From assembly GCA_002269645.1 (NCBI GenBank), contig NIVC01003672.1:41902-105901 (forward strand): 64,000 bases of DNA, given 5' to 3'. The notes under the pieces are model-generated. The model had not been told where the DNA came from, ran no database searches, and worked only from the letters and a program-made list of their open reading frames with translations. Shown one piece after another: positions 20,823-32,391 of the stretch (position 1 is the stretch's first letter; each line of letters starts with the position of its first letter). The DNA comes from Macrostomum lignano (Eukaryota). The position numbers and the translations under genes are program-made.

Positions 20823-21263
20823 TTAGTCGCTGTCGCTGTTGCACAGGCCGGCTCCCACGGCATGCACCGGTGACAGGCCACACTTGCGAAAGGCGTCCTT
20901 GGCGCATGCTAGGCAGCTTCGTTGGGTCTGGCAGGACATCAAGGTGCCCGACAGGCAGCCCAGCTGCCGGCTGTCGCTTGTCGCAACCGACCGAAAAATT
21001 GCCGCAGAAACGGAGCTCAGAGCCGAACCGGCGGATTTTGAGCGGCAGACGGCGGCAGCGAACTCCGAGACCTGACGGAGGCTGCAGGTGCGGAGGCCGC
21101 GACTGACGCATTCCAGGCAGTCTCTGCCGCCGCTTTGCTGCAGTTTGCAGCCAGTTAAAACCGGCTTCAGGCAGCCCAGCTGACCAAGCAGATTCGACTG
21201 GCTGACGGATGCAGCCAGGGGGAGCCTGGATAGCAGCTGAAGCAGAGCCAGCACTGCGACCAT
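20823..21263 (-). CDS. Putative secreted cysteine-rich protein, 146 aa, two tandem 6-Cys repeats
   Basis: ATG at 21263 in good context (GTGATGG) and a hydrophobic N-terminus (MVAVLALLQLLSRLPLAAS). Two repeats with spacing C-x7-C-x9/5-C-x2-C-x7-C-x12-C, both starting QLGCL. TAA at 20825-23. GC-rich island between AT-rich or repeat flanks. Confidence 0.75.
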   Translation of the reverse strand: MVAVLALLQLLSRLPLAASVSQSNLLGQLGCLKPVLTGCKLQQSGGRDCLECVSRGLRTCSLRQVSEFAAAVCRSKSAGSALSSVSAAIFRSVATSDSRQLGCLSGTLMSCQTQRSCLACAKDAFRKCGLSPVHAVGAGLCNSDSD

Positions 21264-21354
21264 CACTGTTGAAGTGCGGCGACACAGCTGGGATGAGACT
21301 GCTGCGGCCGATTGCAGCCGGGTGATTCACAAAGACAACTATCCGTAATTCTAG

Positions 21355-22215
21355 CAACCATCCGTGATTCACACAAATATCCAAAATTCACACAATCATC
21401 CGTGATTCACACAATCATCCGTGATTCACACAATCATCCGTGATTCACACAATCATCCGTGATTCACACAATCATCCGTGATTCACACAACTATCCGAAC
21501 TTCACACAATCATTCATGATTCACACAATCATCCGTGATTCACACAACTATCCGAACTTCACACAATCATTCATGATTCACACAATCATCCGTGATTCAC
21601 ACAACTATCCGAAATTTACACAATCATTCATGATTCACACAATCATCCGTGATTCACACAACTATCCGAAATTCACACAATCATTCGTGATTCACACAAT
21701 CATCCGTGATTCACACAACTATCCGAAATTTACACAATCATTCATGATTTACACAATTATTCGTGATTCCCACAATTATCCGTGATTCGCATCATTCGTG
21801 ATTCACACAATCATTCGTGATTCACACAAAAATTCGTGCTTCGCACAACCATCCATAAAAAACCAATCATCTACAATTCACACAATCATCTACAATTCAC
21901 ACAATCATCTATAATTAACATAACCATCCGTAAAAAACACAATCATTCATAATTTACACAATCATCCATAATTCACACAATTATCTATAATTCACACAAT
22001 AATCCGTAATTCACACAATCATCTGTGATTTGCATCATTCGTGATTTACACAATAATTCTTGCTTCACACAACCATCTATAAAAAAACCAATCATCTATA
22101 ATTGACACAGTCATCTATAATTACATAACCATCCGTAAAAACACAATCATCCATAATTCACACAATAATCCGTAATTCACACAATCATCTGTGATTTACA
22201 CAATCATCCGTGATT
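21355..22215. repeat. 19-bp minisatellite (GATTCACACAATCATCCGT) with a 57-bp higher-order unit
   Basis: Visible tandem copies; 19-aa periodicity in ORF 21459-21785. Confidence 0.92.
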
Positions 22216-22781
22216 TACACGATTAATAATCTGCATTTTCTGAAAATCCAAGTGCAGAATTAAACTAAAAAAGCTTACCCTTCACAGCGTTGCCAACAGT
22301 TTCACACATTTCTTGTATTGTTTAATTTGCTCTGCAAAAGTTTTCACTGTAACAAAATTATGAAGTAAATAATAATCAATAGCTTAATATCGATCGATGC
22401 CTTTCGAAGAAGTCGAGAATTGAGTCTTTATCAAAGCACTCCCACATCAGATATTGTTACTAAGGTTTAGCATACTAACAACGCTTCACTTGAAAATGCA
22501 TTGCATAACAATGTTTCTGCAAATTTTACCATAAACTATGGTAAGAAACGAGGTTTATTAAACAAGGCTGTAGAAACCATATTATAGTTAGCATAAGCGT
22601 GTTGAAACGGACCCACCCACTGCAATTGTCTATGGCCGACTTCAATAAATAAAAACTTGTATGTATATAAGTATTTTGTTTGACCCATTTAGTTAGGCCA
22701 TTTGACCCACTCAGAACCTGACCAGCTGGATCCAAGAAAGAAAAAAAAGAAAAGAAGGACGGACGGAGAGGTAGGTAAGGT

Positions 22782-23042
<261 letters not shown>

Positions 23043-24257
23043 GAATATAATAATATATATAGATATGGTGGTTGACTGGCAGGTAGCCGGGAGAGAAATA
23101 AAATTAAAAAGCCAAAAATCCACCTGATTCGATGCAGATAAAATAGTTAAGAAAACCTTCACCGGTGGGGCTCAGTCTCTTCAGTATATTTCTCTTTTAT
23201 CGAGTGGGGGGAAAAAAAAAAAAAAGAGTGAATTTTGGCTCAACTGAAATCCAGAAGTTCAAGAGCACGGCTTGTTGGAGTCGCTGCGGTCCACGCTATA
23301 CGTCCGGCAGTCGGGGCCCCTGACAAGAGCGCACCTCACGCTGTACGCCAGGCTGGGTCCGGTGCAGGCGAGGCCCGTCCCGGACATTCGGCAACGCTTG
23401 CACGTGAGGTCGACAAAGTCCTCAGCAGTGCCGCCCTGAAGCACCCAGATGCAGCCCAGCTTAGTATGGATCTGCTCAACGACCTGCGTGATCTGCTTGC
23501 CGCCCAGGCTCTTTGAGATAGTATGGGTCATGTGGGGGCAAACAGCGGAGCCTACGGCGACGCCAACGAAGAAGGTCAGCAGGCAGATTGACATTGGGGT
23601 CAGTTTCATTGTGCTGCTACTTGTGGTGAGTTACTTGTTGCTTAACTGAGTAGCGATGCGTGCCAGATTAATCTGCAGCAGGGCTCCCTGCTGTGCTCAT
23701 TTATAAGGAGCCGAATGGGATTCTAACTGTGAGGGGCTGCATGGGTTGGGGGAAGACGGGAGCCACCGCAGATCAGCGAAGAGAGTCAGCTGCATTTCAC
23801 CATAGCCTGCCGAACTCGTGCGAGCAACAGAGCTGCATTCGATTGTAAAACTGGGGTTTGGGGTGGGTGCAGTTGGTTTCCACTGCGGATCGCTAATTCT
23901 AGCGATCCATGGCCTGCTGGGTATCGCGGAGTCATGGCGAGACCATTGGAACAGTAAAGTCAATGACTGTCGCCAGTGTGTGAGGCAAACACTGGTGCGG
24001 TTTGTCGGAAAGCCAGAAGCTAAAAGCCGAACTAGGGCTGTCTTCAAGGCAGCAAAAAATTACAACGGACATATTTTCGTTTGCACTAACGAGCTTGAAC
24101 ACTCGTCTGTATCTCTGTTGGCAGCAGTCTTGATGCTACTGAAGCAAGGAATGTAAGAAAGATATATTAATATAAAATTTAGTTCCATAAAGTTAAAGCG
24201 TAGAAGCATAAAAATGATTTACAAATTAAAAGAAACTAAGGATTGTGTCATTTGGCA

Positions 24258-24906
24258 AGACATCCAGCATTGTCCAAATGACACAATATCCAGTATTGTG
24301 TAAAAGACACAACATCCAGCATTGTGTAAAAGACACAACATCCAGCATTGTCCAAATGACACAACATCCAGCATTGTGTAAAAGACACAACATCCAGTAT
24401 TGTCCAAATGACACAACATCCAGCATTGTGTAAAAGACACAACATCCAGCATTGTCCAAATGACACAACATCCAGCATTGTGTAAAAGACACAACATCCA
24501 GTATTGTCCAAATGACACAACATCCAGCATTGTCCAAATGACACAACATCCAGCATTGTCCAAATGACACAACATCCAGCATTGTCCAAATGACACAACA
24601 TCCAGCATTGTCCAAATGACACAACATCCAGCATTGTCCAAATGACACAACATCCAGCATTGTCCAAATGACACAACATCCAGCATTGTCCAAATGACAC
24701 AACATCCAGCATTGTCCAAATGACACAACATCCAGCATTGTCCAAATGACACAACATCCAGCATTGTCCAAATAACACAACATCCAGCATTGTCCAAATG
24801 ACACAACATCCAGCATTGTCCAAATGACACAACATCCAGCATTGTCCAAATGACACAACATCCAGCATTGTCCAAATAACACAACATCCAGCATTGTCCA
24901 AATGAC
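24258..24906. repeat. 26-bp minisatellite (ACAACATCCAGCATTGTCCAAATGAC)
   Basis: About 25 copies; 26-aa periodicity. Confidence 0.96.
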
Positions 24907-25600
24907 AAATGCGTTCTTTCCATTCTTTTGGATCGGGATGATAATGCTGGTCCGCCAGCTTGTGGGTGTTCTGCTTTCTCGCCAGGTACGCTTGATGAGG
25001 TTGAGCAGGATGTTGTGGGCATGCGGAGGGAGGAGGCGGCGATTTCAAGCGGCAAGGAAGCTGGGATCGCCACATCGATGAGGACCAAAGACGCCGAACA
25101 ATCGAGGAACGGGTCGCCCGTAACTGACTCGCCGTCTGTAATTTCAACTGCCACATGCGCACGTGCCCTAGCACGGGACGCCTCAGTAGCCCAGACGGTG
25201 AATATCTGCAGCAGCGCCTTCGCCGGGACTTCTTGGACTCCTGGAAAGTTCAGTCCGACTGGGGAAGCGACCACCTGCCAATCGTATTCTGTCTTCCAGC
25301 CCCTAACGCCGGACCACCGCCGGGGCCAAAGACGGTGGGTCTACAAGAAAGCGGACTGGGCTGCCTACAGGGAATCGCTGGCTGCCTGGGCCCTTTCAGA
25401 GCACAGTGCGGAATCACTCAACAGAGGCCAGCCGTGCCATCCCGCGAAGCTCAGGGAAACCGACTCGTCGACTCCCCTTCTGAAACAAGGCCTGCGACGA
25501 GGCTACTAAGAAGACTCGCGAAGCTCGGAGAACCGTGAAGCCGTGCAAGCAAGGAAAAACGTGCAGACGCAGCTTAGAAGCAGCAGCAGCTTTTTCTGCC
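24905..25600. mobile_element. Degenerate Ingi/I-group LINE relic: RT-proximal fragment on minus (about 24905-25170) and APE/linker fragment on plus (about 25175-25600)
   Basis: Minus strand: NILLNLIKRTWRESRTPTSWRTSIIIPIQKNGK. Plus strand: WKVQSDWGSDHLPIVF and RWVYKKADWAAYRESL. Both resemble the LINE at 41.5-45.7 kb. Confidence 0.7.
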
Positions 25601-26111
25601 TCCTGGACATACATCCCCCTTCCACGTTCGGATTGAGTCCTGCACATTGCAAAGAAAATCAAATGCCTTTGCCATTTCCTGCACTGCTTTCGAAATCATG
25701 TCAGTTGGAAAGCACAAACCGCCACCATCAGTTTCAGCGTTGAGATAAATTTTCTTCAGTTTCAAGAACTGCATGCCATCACGTGAACCAACCGACATTC
25801 AGAAGATCAGCGTTGCAGTCTTTGCTAGCGCTGCGCAGTTTGGATAAGCGAAAGAGTAACCAGCCTCCTTCGATGCACACTTTCTCCTAAGATTTCTGGC
25901 TCGTCTGCCTTGTCGAGCAGGTCAGCCCTGAATAACCGGCATGCCCAGTCTTCGAATCTGCATGGAGTTAGGTGAACTCATTCTCAGCCAAAGCAAAAAC
26001 GAACTGATTGAGAATGAAGATACGTACCTCTCACCACTCTTAATTGGAAACTTGTGGAAGCGAAGTCCTGGTACGTTTCTATACGCGTATGATCTGCAAC
26101 CGTACTATGTA

Positions 26112-27004
26112 CGAGGTGTTTTCAAAAACAAATGTCAGTGGCTGGATATCTCTGCTCAGGCAAATGTGACTGACTGATTTTTCTGCATGTTTTACATTGT
26201 CATATTGTGACTTATCAGCAGAAAATTAAGTCAATCCTTTGCGTCATTTTAGCTCTAGCAGTAGTTAAAGCCAACTACTTGTTCCAAGGCGTTCTGTTAC
26301 TTCCATGACCCGAGCTCACACTTTTGTTTGTGACATGGCAAAGATGGCGTACAGCATCCTAGAGCTCAAAGACGCCTTAGCCATGGCCCACCCGGACGAG
26401 AAGCTGTCCGAGAGGCAAATTTACCGCCTCATCCGCCAAGTGACGGACGGCCAGGACACAGAAGATCAGCGCAGGTTCAATGCGAAGAAAACAAGGCGAT
26501 CCGCAGAGACCATCGCAGCTGTGCAAGAGGCCGTCGAGTCTGATCGCCGCAAAACCATCGAGGAATTGGCCGAAGACTTCAACCTGTCTGTCGGCGCAGT
26601 CCACACGATCCTGCACGCGGATTTCGGACTGTCCAAGGAGTCCCTCGCCTGCTGTTGCTGGAGCAGAAAGCGTGCTGGAGAGATACTGGACTTCCTATGT
26701 ACTTCCTAATCCGCTGTACTTACCAGATTTGGCTCCCGCATACTTCTGGCTCTTTCGTAAAGTAAAAAAAGAGTTATCGGTCATCCAGCTTGCTGACAGC
26801 TCAGTCAGGAACGAGTCGGAACAGGTTATGCGAGGTCTCCCAGTAGAAGCCCTTGCCCTGGCCTTCAGGAAGTGGATAGATACCTGCGAAAAGTGCATCT
26901 AACTTGAGGGAGATTAAGTTAAAAAAATTGTGAAAATAGAACTGCGTACCTGCTCAGGGAGCTGAGATATGAGGTCACTGACATTTGTTTTTGAATGCAC
27001 CTCG
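26112..27004 (+). mobile_element. Mariner (Tc1/mariner) transposon, internally deleted
   Basis: TIRs CGAGGTG(TT/CA)TTCAAAAACAAATGTCAGTG with TA duplication (26110-11, 27005-06). HTH segment (SERQIYR...DRRKTIEELA...VGAVHTILH) and a YLPDLAP motif (cf. YSPDLAP). The catalytic core between them is deleted. Confidence 0.92.
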
Positions 27005-27619
27005 TAGCTGACGCTGTCGGCATGGCGACCCGAGAAGACGAGAAGCTACCAGAAACAGTTGATTAATTGCAGCTGCAATAGTGAAAACTGGGTAAAACCA
27101 CAAAACGTATGGAAAGCTACAGTATCGTGGCGGGGCGGGGCGGCAGCCGAGGAATAGCAAGTGGTTGAAGACAAGATCCATCCAAAGAGTAATGAGTTGA
27201 AGGAATTTTATTCCCCACTTGGTCGCTTCAAATAAGTCTATGGTCCACATTTATTTCTTTCTTTGGCCGGGCCAAAGAATCACGCACCGGGCCAAAAAAC
27301 GAACGGCCAATAAAAATTGGCAACGAGTTTTATTCGGAAACTGTCGTGTCGTAGCAATAAGGTGGACTTTTTTCTGTTTAAGAGAGCTCTTAGCTGAGCA
27401 AAGAAAACAAATTTTTAACTGATAGCCTTTATATTATCTTGAAAATGACCGACGGCAACATGCCGCCTACAATGCGAGTACAGCGCAATCAAACCGTTTC
27501 AAGATTTAGCATATTGATAGAAAGATGCAACGTGTCGCGCGTGCACGCTAAGTACATTGGCAATGAGTACACTAGATGTTAAGTACGCAGATACGCAACG
27601 CGAGTCAGAGATAGTTATT

Positions 27620-30294
27620 GAGCACCGCCAAGCTGCGCCACAGAAGCTATAGTGCAATTGAATTGAATTGCTTACCGACGCACCCGATCACGGCGCACAG
27701 GAGCTGTCGCGGCCTGTCGGCTCCTAGGACGCCCGTAGCCCATAGCTTGTCTTCGACACTTGACGGGATCGGCTTAGCCCGCCGTAGTCCAGAGCCGTTG
27801 CCGTCGCGCGTGCTTAATTTCATAGAGGCATCCAAAGCGCGTCTAGAGTCAGCAAACTCCTGGTCCCTCCACAGGCTCCACGGCTTCTTGCACCGATTCA
27901 CGATATAATACTGAATCATTCTGAAGAAATCCTTTAGCGATGATACTTAGTACGTATTCTTAGTACGCACTTCCAACACGAAGAATCACAGGACATAGTT
28001 TAGATCGCTCTTGCTCATGTGTTCAAGATCTTTCAGAACCATCTTGTTCGTCACACTCCCATTTGCCCAATGCTGCTTCTTCAGTTCATGCCGGGCACGG
28101 AAGGTGTTGACCATCCATTTGCATTTCTTCTTCGTCGTTACTGGAGTCACTGCGTCCATTGCATCAAAGACATCCTGCTCAGTCATAGACGCCGCATTCG
28201 GTTCAGCAGAACAGATTTTATTGGCTAAATCCAAAGCCTCCTCAAGTTCTGCAGTATCCAGTGGGATAGTAGATACGTAGGACTTTGTTTCACCCAAGGA
28301 CAACTTAATAACTCAGGACCGGAAACGAGCCAATTCATGGCGAAAAAAGTATGAGGCTCGTTTAAAAGCATTGTTCTATGGCCCATCCGTATGCGCATGC
28401 TTTCAGTTGCCAATGTATACTCGTATCATATTTGGCTTTTTGATAGGCAGTCAGAAGGCGGGTGCAGGGTCGGTTTTCTTAAATGTTGAATAGTTTTATT
28501 ACATAAAGTAACCATCGTGAAACTGCACAATGGGAAAGCTGTAAATGCAGCACATGTATAAGGAAACTCGAGAAAAATTTACGATTCTTTCTTCATCTGA
28601 ACTACAAACAGAGAGGAAAATAACAGTCACAGAACGGGACAAGAGCTGACCATGATAAATAGGCCTCCATGTTGATTGACGAGTTGAATGCACTTTCGAA
28701 GCTGATGGTACAAAAAGTCGGCGGAAAGAAGAAAAATCGGTATCAGCCTTAGAACAAATGGCTTACCGCCGAACAATGGCTTCAACATTATTGCGAGCAC
28801 TGTTCGAGCAGTTTTGTTATGATTGTCTGACGCTTGGCCGAGCAGATGTTGGCACCGATAGCGAATCGATGGCTGGTCATACATTTCATCGAAAATCAAC
28901 ACACAAGACTTCTGCTGCGGTTTCAGTTTGGCAAATGTGACCTTTACGATCTCGTGTGCATCATTTTCAGTGCCAATCTCTCTTAGACCAGCCAACTGAG
29001 TGCGTAATGTGCGTTGGTGGGGCAAAGGAAGGAGCGTCTGTGCATGCGCGTATGCAGAACTGCTAATCAGGTAAAGCAAAGCAGATTGGCGCATAGTGGC
29101 AATGTCGTATCGTCGATTGTTTGGGTGCGTTGTGGCGAACTCGAGTAGCTTCAGGATGAATGTAACCGATGTGTCCGGTACAACTCCATCGTGGTTAAAG
29201 GCAATAGAAAGGTTCTTAGATAATGCCCTCACCTCACTTTCGACGTCCACTGTAGAGTTTTTACAACGATTTATGATAGCTTCAAGTTGCGACCAATACT
29301 TTAATGTTGGTTGAAATCCAAGCAGATCTCGAACCGCAACTGGTGAGTGTAACCGAAAGCATCGCACGGAATAGTTTGGTGAAACGAAAACCCGCAGAAC
29401 CATTTCGGCATTGGCGCTTAACGAGAAGATAAACACTTGAACAATGGTAACAATAAGCTGAAGTGCTTTGATGACGTTTGAACAGTGAATGGATGCTCGG
29501 AATTCAGTCCACGATGGCAGCGTGTCACGCTCTCGAAATTCTACTAGTTCATCTTGGAAAAGGCATCGTTCGGACAGCAGCACGCCCCTTTCCTCAGCCT
29601 GTCGACTGGCACGCACTGCAATATCCAAGCACGCACCTTAGTGTTTCGTTTCGACCCGAGTGCAAATATTTGAGCAGTAGAACTTCACAAACCTTGTGTT
29701 TGAACGAGGCAGGACTGCGGGACTCCGTCGAAAACTGATGGTGGATGTAGTGGCCTTTCATTTCTTCCTTTTTTTATCATTGGTGCATCTTGAGGCCAGT
29801 GCTTAGCACAAACGCCCATGTAGTCTGTCACGGTCTAAACAACAACAGAATTGTTAATGAATTCATGTGGCCAGGCTAAATCTGATTCACAAAGCACATT
29901 TGAAGAAAGTCTTACCGTCAGTTGATTAGGCAGAGACAGTCGCCAAGCCTCTCGTTCAGTTGCATCTTTAGGAAACGAAAATACTGCAACATTCCGATCA
30001 CGGTTACTATTGTAGTTTGCACAACAGAAAATGACGCTGCATTTTCTCGGCATGATATTTAGTTTCAGCAAGAATAAAAGTTCTCTCTCTCAATTGCAAG
30101 TGCATGCGAAGAACTCAATTTTCAGCTCAGATTTCTCCGCTTTCGTAGCATACGGATGGGCCATAGAACAATGCTTTTAAACGAGCCTCATACTTTTTTC
30201 GCCATGAATTGGCTCGTTTCCGGTCCTGAGTTATTAAGTTGTCCTTGGTTTCACCCTGACCATGCTCGGCAGGAAGGGCAAATATGAAACACAT
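27620..30294 (-). pseudogene. CryptonA/DUF3504 (ZMYM/KCTD1-related) tyrosine-recombinase ORF remnant, split by the P element (pieces about 27620-28294 and 30248-30294)
   Basis: LEHMSKSDLNYVL...LEVR; FADSRRALDASMKLSTRDG; AKPIPSSVEDKLWATGVLGADRPRQLL. This resembles the DUF3504-associated pattern as I know it. Stops and frameshifts are present. Confidence 0.65.
28295..30247 (-). mobile_element. P-element superfamily (THAP9-like) transposon, internally deleted
   Basis: Perfect 100-bp TIRs (28295-28394 and 30148-30247, starting CAAGGAC). 8-bp TSD GTTTCACC at 28287-94 and 30248-55. THAP-like N-terminus (CSVIFC...FSFPKD...W) at about 29880-30055. Transposase fragment 28627-29628 (RRY...SSSAY...LPHQRTLR, CVLIFDEM). 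Confidence 0.93.
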
Positions 30295-30663
30295 AACTTT
30301 TCTTTTACCATAGACTCCAAAAAAATACCGGCAGCAAAGGCTGTTGGTGTATGGTTAGCTCTGCTGACCCAAAGAAATTCTAAATCTAGATTCTTGATTT
30401 AGAATTCCTTGGCTGACCATCCGGCAGCTTAAAATTTTAAATCGACTACAGCAAAGCCTACAGCTGCTCTCAATTTAGTAGCTAATGCGTATATTGCAAT
30501 AAAAATTTAAATTAAAGACATGCTCAGCACACGTATAGTAGCGGATGCCAAATTCATCAAATTCATCGAATCGATGCTGAGTTCATTTCTTAGTCCAAAA
30601 TGTTACATTTCAGTCTAGAAAGGTTTTTTCCGCGTTACCCTTACCTTTAGGCTGAGGGAAGCT

Positions 30664-30864
<201 letters not shown>

Positions 30865-31285
30865 GGCACGCGAAGGTGTATTCAGCACGCCAGTGAAGTA
30901 TGAGACAGACCAGGCCTATGGGCTACGGTCTGTGATGCTTCACGCCTGCCCCTATCTTCAGCAGGTCAAGGCTGGAGGGAGGTCTGCACCCGCTATTTGC
31001 CGCTGGCAGCCGCAGACCCCCCCTCACGTTTCACAAGTCGACCCTAGTGTTCAAGGCAGACTCTAGGGCTGCTGGACAGACTGGGCTCCGACGCTGGCGA
31101 CCCATCCAGTGGCTTCGGCCGAACTTGGGTATGCGGGTCTGGCTTGCCAGCCTGCAGGCCGTGGTACTGCTTAACGTACCCCCTAATGCCTAAGGTGTTT
31201 GACCGTGCCGATGGGCTGGAAGGCCGGGGGGTTGTCCGGTCGCTAGCGGTCCTTTTCTTTTTCTTCTTTCCTCTTTCTTTTGTGA

Positions 31286-32329
31286 CTCAGCTCACTCCTT
31301 CCCGCTTTCAGTTATGGCGTCATCCGCCTCTTTCAACCAGAGCAGGAAGAGCAGGACCTCACGGCCGACGAGCTCGACAGTGCCTGGCGCACCATCGATG
31401 CTGCGCTCATCGACCAGCTCCTGGCGGGCCGCCCTGTGAGCGTGGTCAAGTCTGCCAAGACCGACGGCTACATCTTCATCTGGTGCAGCTCGGAGGAGAG
31501 CAGCCGCAATCTACGCGAGCTTCTGCCAAAGCTGAACTGGCCCAAGAAGCTCGGCAAGCTCGTCTTCGCCAGCGAGGGCGAGCGACAAGAAACCCAGCGC
31601 TTTCGCGTCTGGATCCCGGCCGGCAGTGCCATTAAGTCCGGAGATCAGCTTAGGCAAATATTGCTAAAGCTGCACCCTGACCTTGAGGTCAACGGGCTCT
31701 TACACCACGCCACTTCCCGCAAGGAGAAGGGGGCTACGGTGATCCTAGGGCTCTCTGATGACTGGGCTAAGCGCTTGCCGCCTAAGTCCACAATTCATAT
31801 TGGTCTGACTCAGCTGACCATCCTCCGTTGCGAGGAGCGGAAAGCTGATGAAGCCAAGAATGCCAAGGCTTCCGAAACCGGAACTGGGGCCCAGGCTCCT
31901 CCGGCAAAGAAGCCGAGGCAAACGGCCGATCCTATGCCCGGTAAGGCAGTTCGCGCTGCTGAAACCGGAAATCGCAATCGCAGACCCGCCAGGAGCACCC
32001 GGAGGTCCGGCCTGATCCAGCGCGCGCTGGACCAGGCCAAGAACCTTCGTGCGCATCGTGAGCGGGCCCGCGCTTCTCGCGCTCCACCCCAACAGCCAGA
32101 AGGCCAGGCTCTAAGCGGGGAGGCTCCGACCGACTGGTTCGAGTCTGTGACTCACCCGGAGGCTGACGCCACCCGCATCGACCTGACCGACGAGGCAGAG
32201 GGGACGGGCAGTGACAGCACCGAAACACGCAGGGGAGGCGACGGTAGCGTCCACGCTGGGCTCACGTCCGCGGAGGACTCCACAGCCACCCTAACTGCTG
32301 AGGACGCTGAAACTCCCATGGAGGTCTGA
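31286..32329 (+). CDS. LINE ORF1, DUF4780-like domain plus basic/low-complexity tail
   Basis: Open from 31286 (LTADELDSAW...GYIFIWCSSEES...RVWIP...TVILGLSD). No in-frame ATG at the 5' end. Confidence 0.65.
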   Translation, partial: LSSLLPAFSYGVIRLFQPEQEEQDLTADELDSAWRTIDAALIDQLLAGRPVSVVKSAKTDGYIFIWCSSEESSRNLRELLPKLNWPKKLGKLVFASEGERQETQRFRVWIPAGSAIKSGDQLRQILLKLHPDLEVNGLLHHATSRKEKGATVILGLSDDWAKRLPPKSTIHIGLTQLTILRCEERKADEAKNAKASETGTGAQAPPAKKPRQTADPMPGKAVRAAETGNRNRRPARSTRRSGLIQRALDQAKNLRAHRERARASRAPPQQPEGQALSGEAPTDWFESVTHPEADATRIDLTDEAEGTGSDSTETRRGGDGSVHAGLTSAEDSTATLTAEDAETPMEV

Positions 32330-32391
32330 GGGTCACCCACCACTGAAAAGGAGGAGGATGACCTGCTCAACGATTCCCCAACTGCGTGATA

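Noticed and set aside
23235-23600. GC-rich 93-aa ORF (AREVDKVLSSAALKHPD...) continuing past a TGA
   Set aside because: No ATG, clear splice context or recognisable domain; possibly a TE or gene relic, but I cannot support a call.
23818-24156. 112-aa ORF ending near a GTAAG donor
   Set aside because: It has an upstream in-frame stop, no recognisable motif and no partner exon.
24226-24894. Regular 26-bp repeats and Cys-rich ORFs, superficially CRISPR- or metallothionein-like
   Set aside because: The repeats are head-to-tail with no unique spacers, there are no cas genes, and the context is eukaryotic.
27005-27620. Possible continuation of the Crypton recombinase toward its catalytic His/Tyr region
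   Set aside because: Only weak, multi-frame resemblances are visible; it is too degenerate to call without an HMM search.
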